Made by a program: the position numbers and the translations under genes
Origin: Podospora anserina
Lineage: Eukaryota
Reading direction: 5' to 3'
Assembly: GCA_017654855.1 (NCBI GenBank)
Contig: CM030338.1
Location: forward strand, 1,860,001-1,924,000
DNA length: 64,000 nt
The notes under the pieces: generated by a model
The model's database searches: none
Seen by the model: the letters and a program-made list of their open reading frames with translations, nothing else
What the model was told of the DNA's origin: nothing
Part shown: piece by piece, positions 13,081 through 25,496 of the stretch
Position numbering within the stretch: position 1 is the stretch's first letter
Layout of the letters: every line of letters begins with the position of its first letter

Positions 13081-13593
13081 GGACGGTCCACAGTTGCTGC
13101 TTCTGCTTCGGATCCAGAATTAATGGACCCTTCTCACCCATTTTCCCCTCTGTCCGATTCACCAAGCGCTGCCAGATCTCCAAGCGACATGTGGTGTTCG
13201 TAATCCATAATAAGAAGGACAGCCTCTCTCTCTCCCAGCCTGCCTTTGTTACTCCCACCTTCAGCCTCCCGTCCTGAACAATCCCATACATACGACGGAT
13301 AGCGACCAACAAGGAAACTTCTCCTGGCTTCTTCCCGCTAGTTGCCGACTGCATTATTCGACCGACGCCCCCCGATATCGACCTTTGTCACCAGCTGCCT
13401 CTATCTCCCGAGTGCATATCGACGAAGCTTCGATAAGCACCATTCAACCTTATTTTTCCGGGGTCGAATTACACGTTGATTGCGAAGGCGGCGTAAGAAG
13501 GGCGAATCCCTTACGACCAGCTTTCCCCAACTCCTCCACGGTCCTCTTGACCCCCACAGTCTGCTGCACCGCATCTCTGCATCAACAGCAATC

Positions 13594-14586
13594 ATGGCGA
13601 CCGACTTCATAATGCCCCAGATGCCCATTCAGCAACAACAGCCCCAAGCCCACCACTTTTACTCGCAGCCGCAGCAGCAGCAGCAGCAGCAGCAACCTTA
13701 TCGTGCTCAGCAGCACTCTGGCTTTCAGCTGGCTCCGATCGCAACTCCTTATCAGCCTTCCACGCAGCAAAATACCCAGGTGTCGCCGCTCAGCACATCC
13801 GGCAACTCGCCGACTTCGCCCAAGAACTACATGACGCGCCAAATCCGGCCGCTCTACGTACCGGCTGTGCTGCGCCCGACCGAGTTTCCATCCAAGGTTC
13901 CGGCGCGACCAAAGTCGGAGCATGAGCCTGAGTCTCCTGAGGAGGAACCATTGCGTCACAGCAACAGCTTCATGAGCCTTGGTGGGTTGAGCGGAGGGTT
14001 GAGCGCGTCATTGGGTTTGACCAGACGGTCTACTGGCGATAGCGCCAAATACGTCGATGGAACTTGGAATCTGGACCTCTTTCCCAATCCGACTGGCACC
14101 CCCACCCGGAAACATTGGAAGGTATGCGCACCCATTCATCGGACCTTTTGCGCACCTGAGATGATTCTAACATTGTTCCTGCAGTTGGACCAGGACGCAC
14201 TTATCTGTGATCACGCGACCTGCAAAAAGTCCTTCAACACGTTCACCAGAAGACATCACTGCCGGCGCTGCGGCAACATCTTCTGCGGCGCTCACAGCGA
14301 CTATCAAATCCCCCTTGATCAGGACGCCAACTACAACCCTCGTGGTGTTCCCAGCCGCGCCTGCGCTCACTGCTTCAACCAGTTCAGGGCATGGCGCAGT
14401 CGTGCAAACAGCCAGTCCTCCAGCAGGGGTTCATCTGATGGAGGCAACGCTCCCGAGACACCCGTCACCCCTACCGCCGCTGCCCCAGTCGCCGCTATCG
14501 CTCCTGGCCTGATGAGGCCCCTTCAAGCTCGCGTGGCCGAGGTGGCACACAGTGTTCCCAGAGACTGGAATTGGAGCACCTTTTAA
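13594..14586 (+). CDS. FYVE-domain protein, Pib2-like (about 309 aa)
   Basis: ATG 13594; intron 14122-14184. Contains a poly-Q tract, PLYVPAVLRP, FYVE signatures HWKLD / RRHHCRRCG / RACAHC and C-terminal VPRDWNWSTF, which resembles the yeast Pib2 tail. Confidence 0.85.
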   Translation: MATDFIMPQMPIQQQQPQAHHFYSQPQQQQQQQQPYRAQQHSGFQLAPIATPYQPSTQQNTQVSPLSTSGNSPTSPKNYMTRQIRPLYVPAVLRPTEFPSKVPARPKSEHEPESPEEEPLRHSNSFMSLGGLSGGLSASLGLTRRSTGDSAKYVDGTWNLDLFPNPTGTPTRKHWKVCAPIHRTFCAPEMILTLFLQLDQDALICDHATCKKSFNTFTRRHHCRRCGNIFCGAHSDYQIPLDQDANYNPRGVPSRACAHCFNQFRAWRSRANSQSSSRGSSDGGNAPETPVTPTAAAPVAAIAPGLMRPLQARVAEVAHSVPRDWNWSTF

Positions 14587-16516
14587 ACGAACGGTTTTTT
14601 AATCAGTTTATTTCCTTGTTGCGCCACCCAGAGGAAGAGTAATCAGGCAAATCGCCGACATGAGAGACGACCACAGATTTCACACGTCCACTAGAACAAC
14701 AAGAGAGAACAGTGCACAGCACGAATCATAGAGAACTTTAGACTTTGTGGGATTCGACAAGTAGGAAATGGAGACACGGCATTTGTCTCAGTTACGGAAT
14801 GGGGGAGAACCCTAAAGAGATTTTTTCTTTTCCTTCTGTTTTTTTCTATGATATACAGGAGGAAAGATACCCAGTGGTCGGCGATGCATCGACACACATA
14901 TTTTCTTTGTGAGTGAGGGTTTGAGAGATTTGTTTTTCCCTTTGAGGTGGTCAGACAGTTTTGAGCATGGCCATTTTTCTGTTTGCATTTTGTTGCTGTC
15001 ATTGTTTTGTCTCGAGCTTTTGGCTTTTTGGCTCATTCTCATGGGAGTTGGCTTTACATTTTTTTAGCAAGGCGCTCTAGGAGTTGGCTTGTATTTTTTT
15101 CATTGAAGCATTTTTGTTTGACTGCATTGATTGGGGGTTAATGGGGGATTGCCGGCGTTGTGTTTATTTTACTTTGGGGTTTTGATGAGCTGAAGAAGAA
15201 TATGGTGGGTGTGTGTGAGAGTGGTAGTTGTTGGAGTGGTGTGGTCCTGAGAGATTCAGATGTTTTTACCGGTTCTCTTTAGAATGGAGGCTGGTTGTTA
15301 ATACAATGTTTTTTGAAGGCGCAAAAACTACCTTTGGTTGTGGTGTGTGTGTTGTCGTGAGATGCGAATGTGCTCTATGAAATTGTTGTTTGCGTTGTGG
15401 GTGGTGGTGCTGAACCCCTCCCGGCGACAACGGCAACACCGGAGATCTCGATCAAAGTGCGGGGAATTTGAGTTGATGCAGTCAGTGACTAACCCCCCTC
15501 GGATCTTATCGATTTAGTTATCGTGAAGTAGTACCACCAAAACATGCCGAGACCTGGGGTTTTTTTTCCAGCTTCATATTTTTTTGTCGTGTGTTGTATT
15601 CCGACTCATAAATCAAATTTTCATCCGATCTTTGTTGTTTTGGTCTGTTGTTGGGATGGTTTTCGACGTCATACACACATCTCGATTACAGTAAGAAAAG
15701 TGAGTGAGCCCCAACATATTACACTGATGAGCTGTATGTATGTACGGAGTAAGATGCAAACATATACCGTACTCAGATCCTCCTCCTCCGAACATTCCGG
15801 TCCCGAGTCTCCCGAGTATTCTATATGTCCCTCAGAGAGTACATAATTCACTTGCCAGAAGCTGTCAGAAGATATTGTGCCTACTTCCCCTTCCCTCTCG
15901 TGGTCAACCATCAATTTCTCTTCGTCACGAACGCCAGATGTTTCCCACAAGTCAATGGAACCAGGTATGTTTTTATATAATTCTTTATTTCTTCCAAATA
16001 TTGCCTCCCTTGATGCCTTCCTTCCCTTAAAAATTCCCAGTGTTCCCTTTTCTCTTTTGAAACCCAGTGTCAGAAGCATTCTTCTATCTTTCTCTCTTAA
16101 AAGAACTCCAAAAAGAGAAAGCATGAATGATCCCAAAACCCCAATGAATGAGAGACCGAAAAGAGGGCTAATATATACAAAGTTGAGAAATGAGCCGAAG
16201 CTCATCTCCAATACCCAAAAGAAAAGTCGCTAAAAATTCCCGACCCAACACCGGTTTAAATGCTTTCGTTTTGTCGTTGTCTCTTTTCTTTTTCCCTTTT
16301 CCCTTTTTGGTCTCGTCTTGTCTATGTTCTTATGGCAGAGTGAAGCACGATTCTAGCCGCCCAAGACATACACCGCTTCGCTATGCTGGATGAAAACACT
16401 CTTCTTTCACGTGAAGATCAAAAGATGTGTTTGCTCCAAATGTGGCATGGCTACAAGGCACTTGTGAACCATGCCGACAAGCTCTATTCATCTCGTCGTA
16501 CTCCATCAAAAACAAT

Positions 16517-17884
16517 CTAGTTTCTGTTGCGGAGGACACGACCGTTCTTGCCCTTCTTGGCAGCACCCTCGTTGCTCTCGCCATAGACCTCACGCTCAAC
16601 GTTCTTGGCAGCCTCCCAGCCGGCCTTCTCGGCAATGGCGACGCTGTTGCTAAGGCGTCTGTTCTTGACGTTCTTGGCGGGGGCGTTGCTGCGGCGGAGG
16701 TAGCTCTCGATGAAGAAAGAGACGAAGAGGTAGGTCAAGGGGGTGAGGTAGAACACGTTGAGCCAGATGGCAAAGGTGGTGCCGCTGGAGGTGATGCAAG
16801 GGGTGACCTGGCGGCCGAAAGAGTTCTTGATGCTGCCAACAAGACCGGCGGAGGCGTTGGCGGCGGCAGAAGCGCTGGCAGCGGCGGAGGAAGCAGAGAC
16901 AGACTCGCCAGCCATGACGGGGATGGTGTAGTAGATGAAAGAGTGGATCATCGCACCGGAACCACCGACGAGGAACTGGGTGATCTGCATCGAGGTAAGA
17001 GAGCGCTTGATGAACATTGGGACGCGGATGTTGAAAGCGGTGACAGTGTAGTAGGTGTACTAGAATACGGTCAGTTTTCCTGTTCGTTTTCTGTCATGTT
17101 TTGGAGTGAAGCTTACCATCATGGCGTGGATGAAGGAGTTGAAGAACACGAAGATCCAAATAGGAACCGACATGTAACGCATACCAGCCCACATGCACAT
17201 CATGGCACCAGCGTGGTGATAAGTCTGGAGGGTCGAGCTGAGCTTGCCCTTGGCGAGGATGATGAGCGTGTCAAAGACCTCGTAGAACTTGCTGAGGTAG
17301 AACAACCAGCCGTAGAAAGCAAGACCCTCGTTCCACATGCGACCGGCAGCATAACGGCTGGGCTCAGCGCTGGCGACCATGACGCCGTCAGCGGTGAAGG
17401 TTTGCCAGGAGCCAGCGGCCTCGTCCCAGAAGATAGCGTTACCGGCACCACTTTCGCCGTTGATCTGGCACATGGAGTCGAGAAAGCCAGAGACGCCAGT
17501 AGGGCCCAGAGGGCTGACAACAGTGCGGCGGAGAGCGTTGAACATGCCCCACCAGGTCCATGCGGAGTAGACGGCGAGGAAGATGTTGTGGGCGATCACG
17601 AACCACTTGAAGGGAAGGGTCTTGCTGATGCCCCAGGGCTTCTTGCCCGTGGACTTGTTGTAGGCATTGAGGAGCTTGGCCGAGATGGCATAGACGGCGG
17701 CGATGGTGAGAGGGACCTTGGGGTCGAGGACGGCCTGGTAGATGTGGTCGGGGATCTCGAAGGGAGGAGCAAAAGAGGTGGTGCCGGGCGGTGGTGGGGG
17801 AATGAAGCCGGCGTCTGCTGGGGGAGGAAACTTGAAGAGGGACCAGTCGGGCAGGCCCAGGGCAGCGGAGTCGAAGGAGATCAT
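16517..17884 (-). CDS. GNS1/SUR4 (ELO) family fatty-acid elongase, divergent His-box type
   Basis: ATG 17884; intron 17116-17060. Motifs FYLSKFYEVFDT, LQTYHH, NSFIHAMMYTYY, LTSMQITQF and YLFVSFFIESY. Confidence 0.9.
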
Positions 17885-20800
17885 TGTGGGCGTCAGTTGA
17901 TGTGTCTGGTGAACTGACAAAAAAGAGGAATCGAGTGATGGTGAGCAGTTGGAGTGAAGGAGAACACGCGGCGGGCGGGCGGTTCGTTTTGTTACCCACG
18001 ACTGCTTGCTGTTGCTCTGCTTTTCCCAACGTTTTTTTTGCGATCCCGCCAATCTGCACGTCACACTGACAGGGGTCCTTACACACAGCGGGGACCACTT
18101 TATGAAAGCGGAAGAAAAAAAGACAGGAGCAGCACGAGTCGAGAACCCCCAGCTGGTGCGATAGGAAGAGAGAAGAGAGGAGTGCCGGGAAAGAGCTCGG
18201 GATTTCCCTTGTTTATCATTTTGTTTATTTTTTATATTTTTTATTTTTGGCTTTTTACTTTCTGACCTAGGCCACCCTGGGTTGGCATCCAGCTCCAGCT
18301 GGGAAAGGGAAAGCCAGCCAACAACAGATCGGCCATCAAGGGTCTCACATCTTGACTGAAGAATGTCGCCCTGCCGCAAGCCAAAGGGGGACCCAGCGAG
18401 CCAGCGGCACGCAAACTGGCACTGCAGAATGTCACCTTGAGAACCTAAGGCACTAGCGCTTCAGGGTCCCAAGGGTCTGGAGATGCCCGAGAAACTCAAA
18501 AAATGGATAGGCCGGTGGCGGCGAAGGCTACGAACGACAGGCGCTCATCCCGCCAAACCCAGCGATGCGATGGCAATTTGCAATGACAAGTGAAGGTTCG
18601 GATGATGCGGATCTGGACAGTGGAGGCAAGATCGAGTAGGCGCCGAGGGACAAGTGGAGTGAATCTCGAGCCCGGGCTCGATCCGGCCTCCTGGCACGCT
18701 TTCCCTTCAAGGCTCTAGCCGACTGCGAGCCGAAAAAGCGGGTGCTTCCAGGCGAACGAGATGCCGCCGACCAGACATCCCGGACATTGATGTCCACAAA
18801 AGATGTGTTGCGATAAGATACTGACCGATCACATGTGATTTTGGACCCTGGTGGATGGGATGAAGCTGGAAAAGTCGCGATGCGAGTCTGGAAGACTTTC
18901 TCATCAGGGGTCTCTTGTGTTGCCATCCCACCAATTTGTGCCAGATGTATCTGCCCAGGTGCCTATTGCGCACGTTCTATTCGTCAATTCAATTCAACAA
19001 AAACTACAAAGACAGGCCGCCATTTGACCGCCCTCCTCCCCACTCATCCCCAACACTTGCTGCAGGACCGCACAACAGTCTTTCCCGCCCGCTTTTCCGG
19101 GGCTCTGCATGGACGCCCACTGCATACGCAAGTGTCAAGGGCGGCGGCGAATCCCTTGGCGCGTTTTTCGTTTGAGATGGAATCCCGTCCGTCCGCGAAA
19201 AGCTTCATCAGATGTCAAACTTTGGGACGACCCACGCCACGAACCAGTTCATGAGTCGCGCCTTCCACCAAATCCGTAGTCCGTACACGAACATCGAGGT
19301 CGAGGTGTTACGGTCATAAGAAAACACCGGCAGTTGTGCTGGTGGCACTAATATGGAAGACACTGATGAGAATAGCACAGAAAACACTGGGGTTGCAGAT
19401 CTCTCTGGGTTGATTCAGCGCCGCCACTTACACAATCAACGACCATGCGATCGGCAAGCGGGGGATCTTCCATCAGACGTCTGCCAGAAAAGGCACGGTC
19501 AAAGGCAAACTATGAGATAATAGCGGCTCCGTGACAGCACCGGCCGGTGGCCCGGACATTGAAGCCGATCTCCGGGTCTCCATATCCGGCGCCGTCTTTG
19601 ACCGACTTCCGTTGTTGAAGTCCTCGTTATCTTATCCTGCTCCACATTCGGGCCGGCCCCACGCTGTTCTGACCGATGTCTTTATTAGTCTATCGACGAA
19701 CATTGAGGCCTTCCATTCCAGGTGTGCCGAAAACCGATGTTATGTCACAGATGACAATATCATCTTGATGCGGAATGGCACTTATCAGCAGTCCATTGAG
19801 GCTCATCAGCCATTGTTCTGTGTTGGATACCTATTCGTTTGCATCATATCCCTCCGTCCGGTAGTGTACATGAGAAGGCAAGAGGACGCACCAACGGACG
19901 CACGAACGTAGAGCGACGGCGCTTCCACTTCTGGGTCTCTAATTTGCAATGTCAAGGCACCCCTCAGACTTGCTGTCAAAATGTTGTGTGCGTGGTGTCT
20001 CGAGCTGTGTTTGAGAGTCTGATCATGAACCCTATCTGCGTGTAATTCCTGCGTTCTGATTGGTCCAACCTCAGGGTCTGAGTCGTAAAACGGCAGGTGC
20101 TGGTCTGTGCAGCCATCAGGGTCTCTTCCTTTGAACTTTTAGATGATGGCGAAAGAACACAAGAGGTTCCAGGTTGGTACAGTGCTGCTCAAATGATGAA
20201 AAGGCTCCGTCCGGGCTATGGGAAACGAGGCGAGTAGTCGACTTATCAAGTTTACATATACGACTTTGAGCTGGAGGTCTATGATATTCAAGTTAAAATC
20301 TTGTGGCAAACGCGCGCCTTCAGACAACTGAATCATCGACCTGCGCATACAAGACACTGAATTGTCTCACCACTATCGTGCTCTGATCGATTTCATACTG
20401 ACTGGCATCTTATCGGTTTCGCCGAGACTCGTTTCAAGCTCAACTGCAGCACGCCGCCACCCCAGCCAAGCCTATTCTCATACCAAACACCATGTGTTTC
20501 TCTCACCACCACACTGAGCTTGTCGTCTGGTGGTCTGACTTCTGAGAGAAGGAGATATTTGCAGTGTCCACTCGCGCTCTGCAACCTCGTCCTCCATTTG
20601 GCATCTGAGAGTCATGAAGTTGGGCACCACAATGACGCAGTTCTCAGAGCTGAGATAGTTGATACGCTTATAAGTATATATTCCCAATACGAATACGATT
20701 TTCCTTGTTCAACCCCAAGCTTGTCGAGATACTCACACATTGCCTCCATATTGCCAGCCGGTTGGCTGTTCACCTTATCCCAGCTTGCTTGGGTACAGAC

Positions 20801-20909
20801 GCCCATGTGGCTGCTATTCTATTCTCTCATACGCCCCTTTGACAGGACGCTCGCTGAATTGCCAAAAGGCATTGCTTCATTTCATATTACTTTGTAATTA
20901 ATTCTCAAC

Positions 20910-22522
20910 ATGCATTTTCGACAAACACTTACAGCCCTAACAGGCTTGGTTTCGTCAGTGGTAGGAGGTAAGTCTTCCAAGCCCTGTACTTGTTCAAGCT
21001 CACTTGCTGACAGATAACAACAGCGCCAGCCCCTATTGACCACAGCACAACGTCAGGGGGGAAGCTCAAGAACGCTACCAACGATGAGAAGCGATCTCTT
21101 TTTGACACCATTCTTCCTCCCCTCGGGAACCACAACATCATCCTTCCTGGGGCAGGTCTCAATGTCCTCATTGGCAGCGCCATCAGCCAACTTGCTCGGA
21201 TTGCTGAGCTAGAGCTGGCGGCGCTGATCGGATCACAATTCGCCTTGGCTATTCAGCTTGAGACAATCAAAACCAACATTCGTATCAATCATTTCAGGGC
21301 CCAGTTCCCACACGTGGTATGTTCTCTTCGGTACTACTCAAGTGTGCTACTAACTTCTTCCCCCCAGAACTGCGTCATTATTTGTGTAACAAACGTTCTA
21401 GATCAACGAGATCCAAACAACATCAACAACCGCTACCTTCTCAACCAGCTCCGTATCGACAACGGCTTCCCAGACAAGGAGCTACTGATCATGGTCACCG
21501 ACTCCCAGCAAATGACCATTGTTCCTACCCCCACACCAGTGACGGACTTTTCCCAGAACCCAGTCAACTCTGTCATTCCAGACCTAAACCTCAGTCCAAT
21601 CATCAACAACAACAACAACTTGACACAAGCAGACACCCTTTCCTCCTCTCTAACTGACACCAGCGCTTCCCTCGAATCAGAATCAACCCTCTTCCCCACG
21701 ACCACCACCCTCCCAGACAACACAAACAACGCAGCCCAACCGACCTCTTCCCCCATCTCCCCCAGTCCAACTCAACAACCAGCCTCCTCCCTCGATCTCG
21801 GCTCTTTGATCCAGCCTACCCCCTCACCTCAACCCCGTGGCAACTCCCCTCGCCAGATCAACCTCGTCAACCTCCCAGCAGACCTCTCCTCCCTCCCCAA
21901 CAACGACAACCTCGATTTCACCCACCTCCTGAACCAATCCCTCCTCCTCCCCTTCGGCATCACTGCCCCGAAGTTCGGGTCATCGCTGGGTTTGGTGCTG
22001 GCAGACCCAGCAGCTATTATTTTGCCAGGGCAAAAGGAAATATTTGTCGACACGCTGGCTAGTCTGCAGAGTAACTGCCTTGCTTTGCAGTTGGGCCTGG
22101 GGAATACGGGGCTAGGTCTGGGGGGGGTAAGGTTTGATGGGCAGCTGTTTGGGAGTTTGGAGGAGTTGATTCAGGCGGGAGTGGGGGGGTTGGTCGGTGG
22201 TGGTGGTGGGTTGAATCTGGGACAGCCGGTGATTCCGCCGGGGGTTATTGCTGCGAATCCGGATTTGGCGGATGAGGGGGGTGTTGATTTGGTTACGACT
22301 GTTACGGAGGAGCTGGGCTCGACTAAGACTGACACGGCTACGTTGACGGATGTTTTGACGGGTACAACAACCACGGCGGAGGATGTGGCGACAGGGACGG
22401 ATACTGCTACTGTTACGGATGGGCCGACGGCCACTGAGACGGGTGTTGCTACGTCGACGGAGGGTGAGGTTGAGGAGACTGCTTCTGCTCAGGCTAGGGT
22501 CAGCAGGAGGAGGAGGGCATAG
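20910..22522 (+). CDS. Putative secreted protein of unknown function (signal-like N-terminus, Kex2-like KR site, Thr-rich tail)
   Basis: ATG 20910 (MHFRQTLTALTGLVSSVVG/APAP); introns 20968-21023 and 21317-21367 keep frame. NDEKR/SLF dibasic site, ordered segment NIRINHFRAQF..NNRYLLNQLRIDNG, then low-complexity S/T/P/G regions. Confidence 0.75.
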
Positions 22523-23780
22523 ATTATGTCGGGCTTTTTCTGTTCAAGGTGTGTTTATGAGTCCATGATATGACCAGATTTCGGCGTTGGGGTGGGCTTG
22601 TGGGTTGTCTGGCTTCAGTTGACCAGATTGTACATATCGTCATTCTTTTGAATATAATTATGGAATTTACTCATCCGCTTTACCTTTGCATTACTCTTGG
22701 ATGTCTCTTTCACGTTGTATATAAGGCACATGATGCGCGTATGTAAGATCCTGTTGGATAGAAATGCCCCAAGATGAATGGTACAGTCTTCTTAAGGCAT
22801 GTGCTTTCTAACCATGATATAGTATCGTGAGATGCGGAAAGATTTCGACGAGATGTGTTCGAGGATATCCGCAGAGGTTGAACTGCGAGGCCCTCGTCAA
22901 GTTCCAGGAACACCAAGTACCAAGGTCACAGCTTCCGTGGGTATGATCTAAGGTAGCTCAGTTTCTCTTCAACAGGACGTTGTGTTGTTCACGTTGGTCT
23001 TCATATCGAATGAATTAACTGGGAGAAAATCGGCTGGGCTAATAACAATGATGATGATAGAATGAATCCATAATTGGCCAGTTATTTCAGGATGTCATGT
23101 TTGCCAAGACTACTGGACTCGGAGAGAAGCATCTCCTATGTAAGAGGTTACGTAGTTTGAACCAGTTGGGTTTATTTGTGCGGCATGATGGCAGGTAAAT
23201 ATCTGTTGAGGAACAACATGTTACGCTTTTTGAAGAGAACCAGCTTACATCATGATACCATCTGAAATCCTCTCTCAGCCATGAACATGTACCCGGTTTC
23301 GGAGGGCATGATGAGACGAAACGCCACCGCAGAGGGATTTAATGGACTCAATCGCAACCCTTTTTCTGCCTCGCGGCCCGTTTGAATCGCAACGGATTGC
23401 CCCGCCGTTGCGATTGCCCCGCCTGCCCCCAACCGCCATGGCATGTAAATATTCATCACAGACAGGGGGTCCGAGAACATATTTATCAAGGTGTCACAGT
23501 AAACCTCAAAACACCCACCGCTATTCGATAGCAAAACAATTACGTCTCCATTTACCCCGGAATCTACTTACAGCTGCCAAGTTTTCTTGTTACCGTACGG
23601 TAAGCATTTCCCACATTCAGTGACTCAGGCAGACCCCACCACAAAACCCCGCGCTCAATTCGCCTCGCCCCAATTCAAGCTGCCATTGAAGAATCGCAAA
23701 AACAACGACACCTGAAGTGTTTCCCCTCTGAATCTCCCCAACGACTGAAGCAAGCAGTGTTGCCTACGGAACGAATCACC

Positions 23781-25496
23781 ATGCCGACTACCATTATTCT
23801 TGGTTCCCAATGGGGTATGTCAATAATGTCAATTTCGTCTGGACCACCGTTACGGCCAGACGAAAATTTGCGGTCGGAACTGTCGCTAACCCTAACCCTT
23901 GAACTATAGGTGACGAGGGCAAGGGCAAGCTCAGCGATATCCTTTGCCAGAAGGCCCAGATCTGCGCCCGCGCTGCTGGAGGTCACAATGCTGGTCATTC
24001 AGTTGTGTAAGTCACCCCATGGTGAACCAATTGCTGTTGTGGAATGAGTTCCGAGTTGCTAACGGAAACGGTGCTGTTTGTGTGTAGTGCCAATGGCGTT
24101 TCGTACGAGTACGGAGATACCTCTATGCCCCTGACTACTACTACTACTACTACTATCCGACGACGCGCGAATTGACACTTGTGTTTTCTGCCAACAGCTT
24201 CCACCTGCTCCCATCAGGCTTGATCAACCCCAACTGCGAGAACCTCATCGGCTCCGGCGTCGTAGTCAACGTCGAGGCTTTCTTCAAGGAGCTCAATGCG
24301 CTCGAGGAGAAGGGTCTGAAGCACGTCCGCGAGAAGATCCTCATCAGCGACCGCGCCCATGTCAACCTCACACTCCACGCCGCCGTCGACAGGGCGGAGG
24401 AGGCTCAATTAGAAGGAAACAAGAAGATTGGCACCACCGGCCGCGGCATCGGCCCATCATACGCCACCAAGGCCAGCCGGAAGGGTATCAGGGTTCACGA
24501 GATCTTCAAGGAGGCCGTTTTTGAGAAGAAGCTGCGCACTCTGGCCGAGGGGTATAAGAAGCAGTTTGGCGAGCTTTTCGAGTACGACGTTGAGGAGGAG
24601 ATTGCCCGCTTCCGCGAGTACAGGAAACTGCTTCCCAACTTCGTCTGCGACGGCCCCAACTTCATCGATCAGGCCCAGAAGAGCGGACGGGACCTCTTGA
24701 TTGAGGGTGCCAATGCCCTGATGTTGGATATTGACTATGGCACCTACCCCTACGTCACCAGCAGCAATACTGGTTTCGGTGGTGCCGTTACTGGTCTTGC
24801 GCTCGACTACAAGCAGATCAAGGAGGTTATTGGTGTCGTAAAAGCTTACACCGTATGTCTCTCTCACCATCATTCAGATCTGAGCCATGTCGTGCTGACC
24901 CCCTTGTTAGACCAGAGTTGGTGGTGGTCCCTTCAAGACCGAAGATCTCGGTGATGCCGGCACCAAGCTCCAGGAGATTGGCCGTGAATGGGGTGTTTCT
25001 ACTGGCAGGAGACGTAGGTGCGGCTGGCTCGACCTTGTCGTGCTGAAGTACTCTCAGCTCATCAACAACTACACATCGTGGAACTTGACCAGTATGTTGT
25101 TTTCATAACACAAGGGTATTTAGTTGGCTAACAATTCCTCTCCAGAGCTCGACATCTTGGACACATTCCCTACCATCAAGGTTGCTGTCGCCTACAAGGA
25201 CAAGGAGACTGGCGAGGTCATCGAGCACTTCCCCGCCGACCTCGACTACCTTGACACTCTCGAGGTTGTCTACAAGGAGTTTGAGGGCTGGCAAACACCC
25301 ATCACCTCGGTCAAGACCTTTGACGCCCTTCCCGCGCAAGCACAGGCGTACGTCAAGTTCATTGAGGAGTTCACTGGTATCCCCGTGAAGTGGATCGGTA
25401 CTGGCCGTAAGTTTCCTGTTTGAACCCCTTATCTCTCTACCTAGAAGATGCTGACATGAGACACCAGCTGCGCGCGACGACATGATTTATCTTTAA
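23781..25496 (+). CDS. ADE12: Adenylosuccinate synthetase (7 exons)
   Basis: Exons 23781-23814, 23910-24006, 24088-24108, 24198-24852, 24911-25091, 25146-25406 and 25468-25496. Motifs [58 protein letters not shown] and LTKLDILD. Confidence 0.97.

Noticed and set aside
15669-16211. 180-aa hydrophobic ORF
   Set aside because: Lies in the T-rich downstream region of the elongase gene, with no domain or codon bias.
16427-17917. 496-aa plus-strand ORF
   Set aside because: Antisense shadow of the codon-biased elongase gene; no protein-like motifs.
23886-23899. Telomere-like CTAACCCTAACCCT, a possible telomerase template
   Set aside because: Only two units, and it coincides with the CTAAC branch site of ADE12 intron 1.
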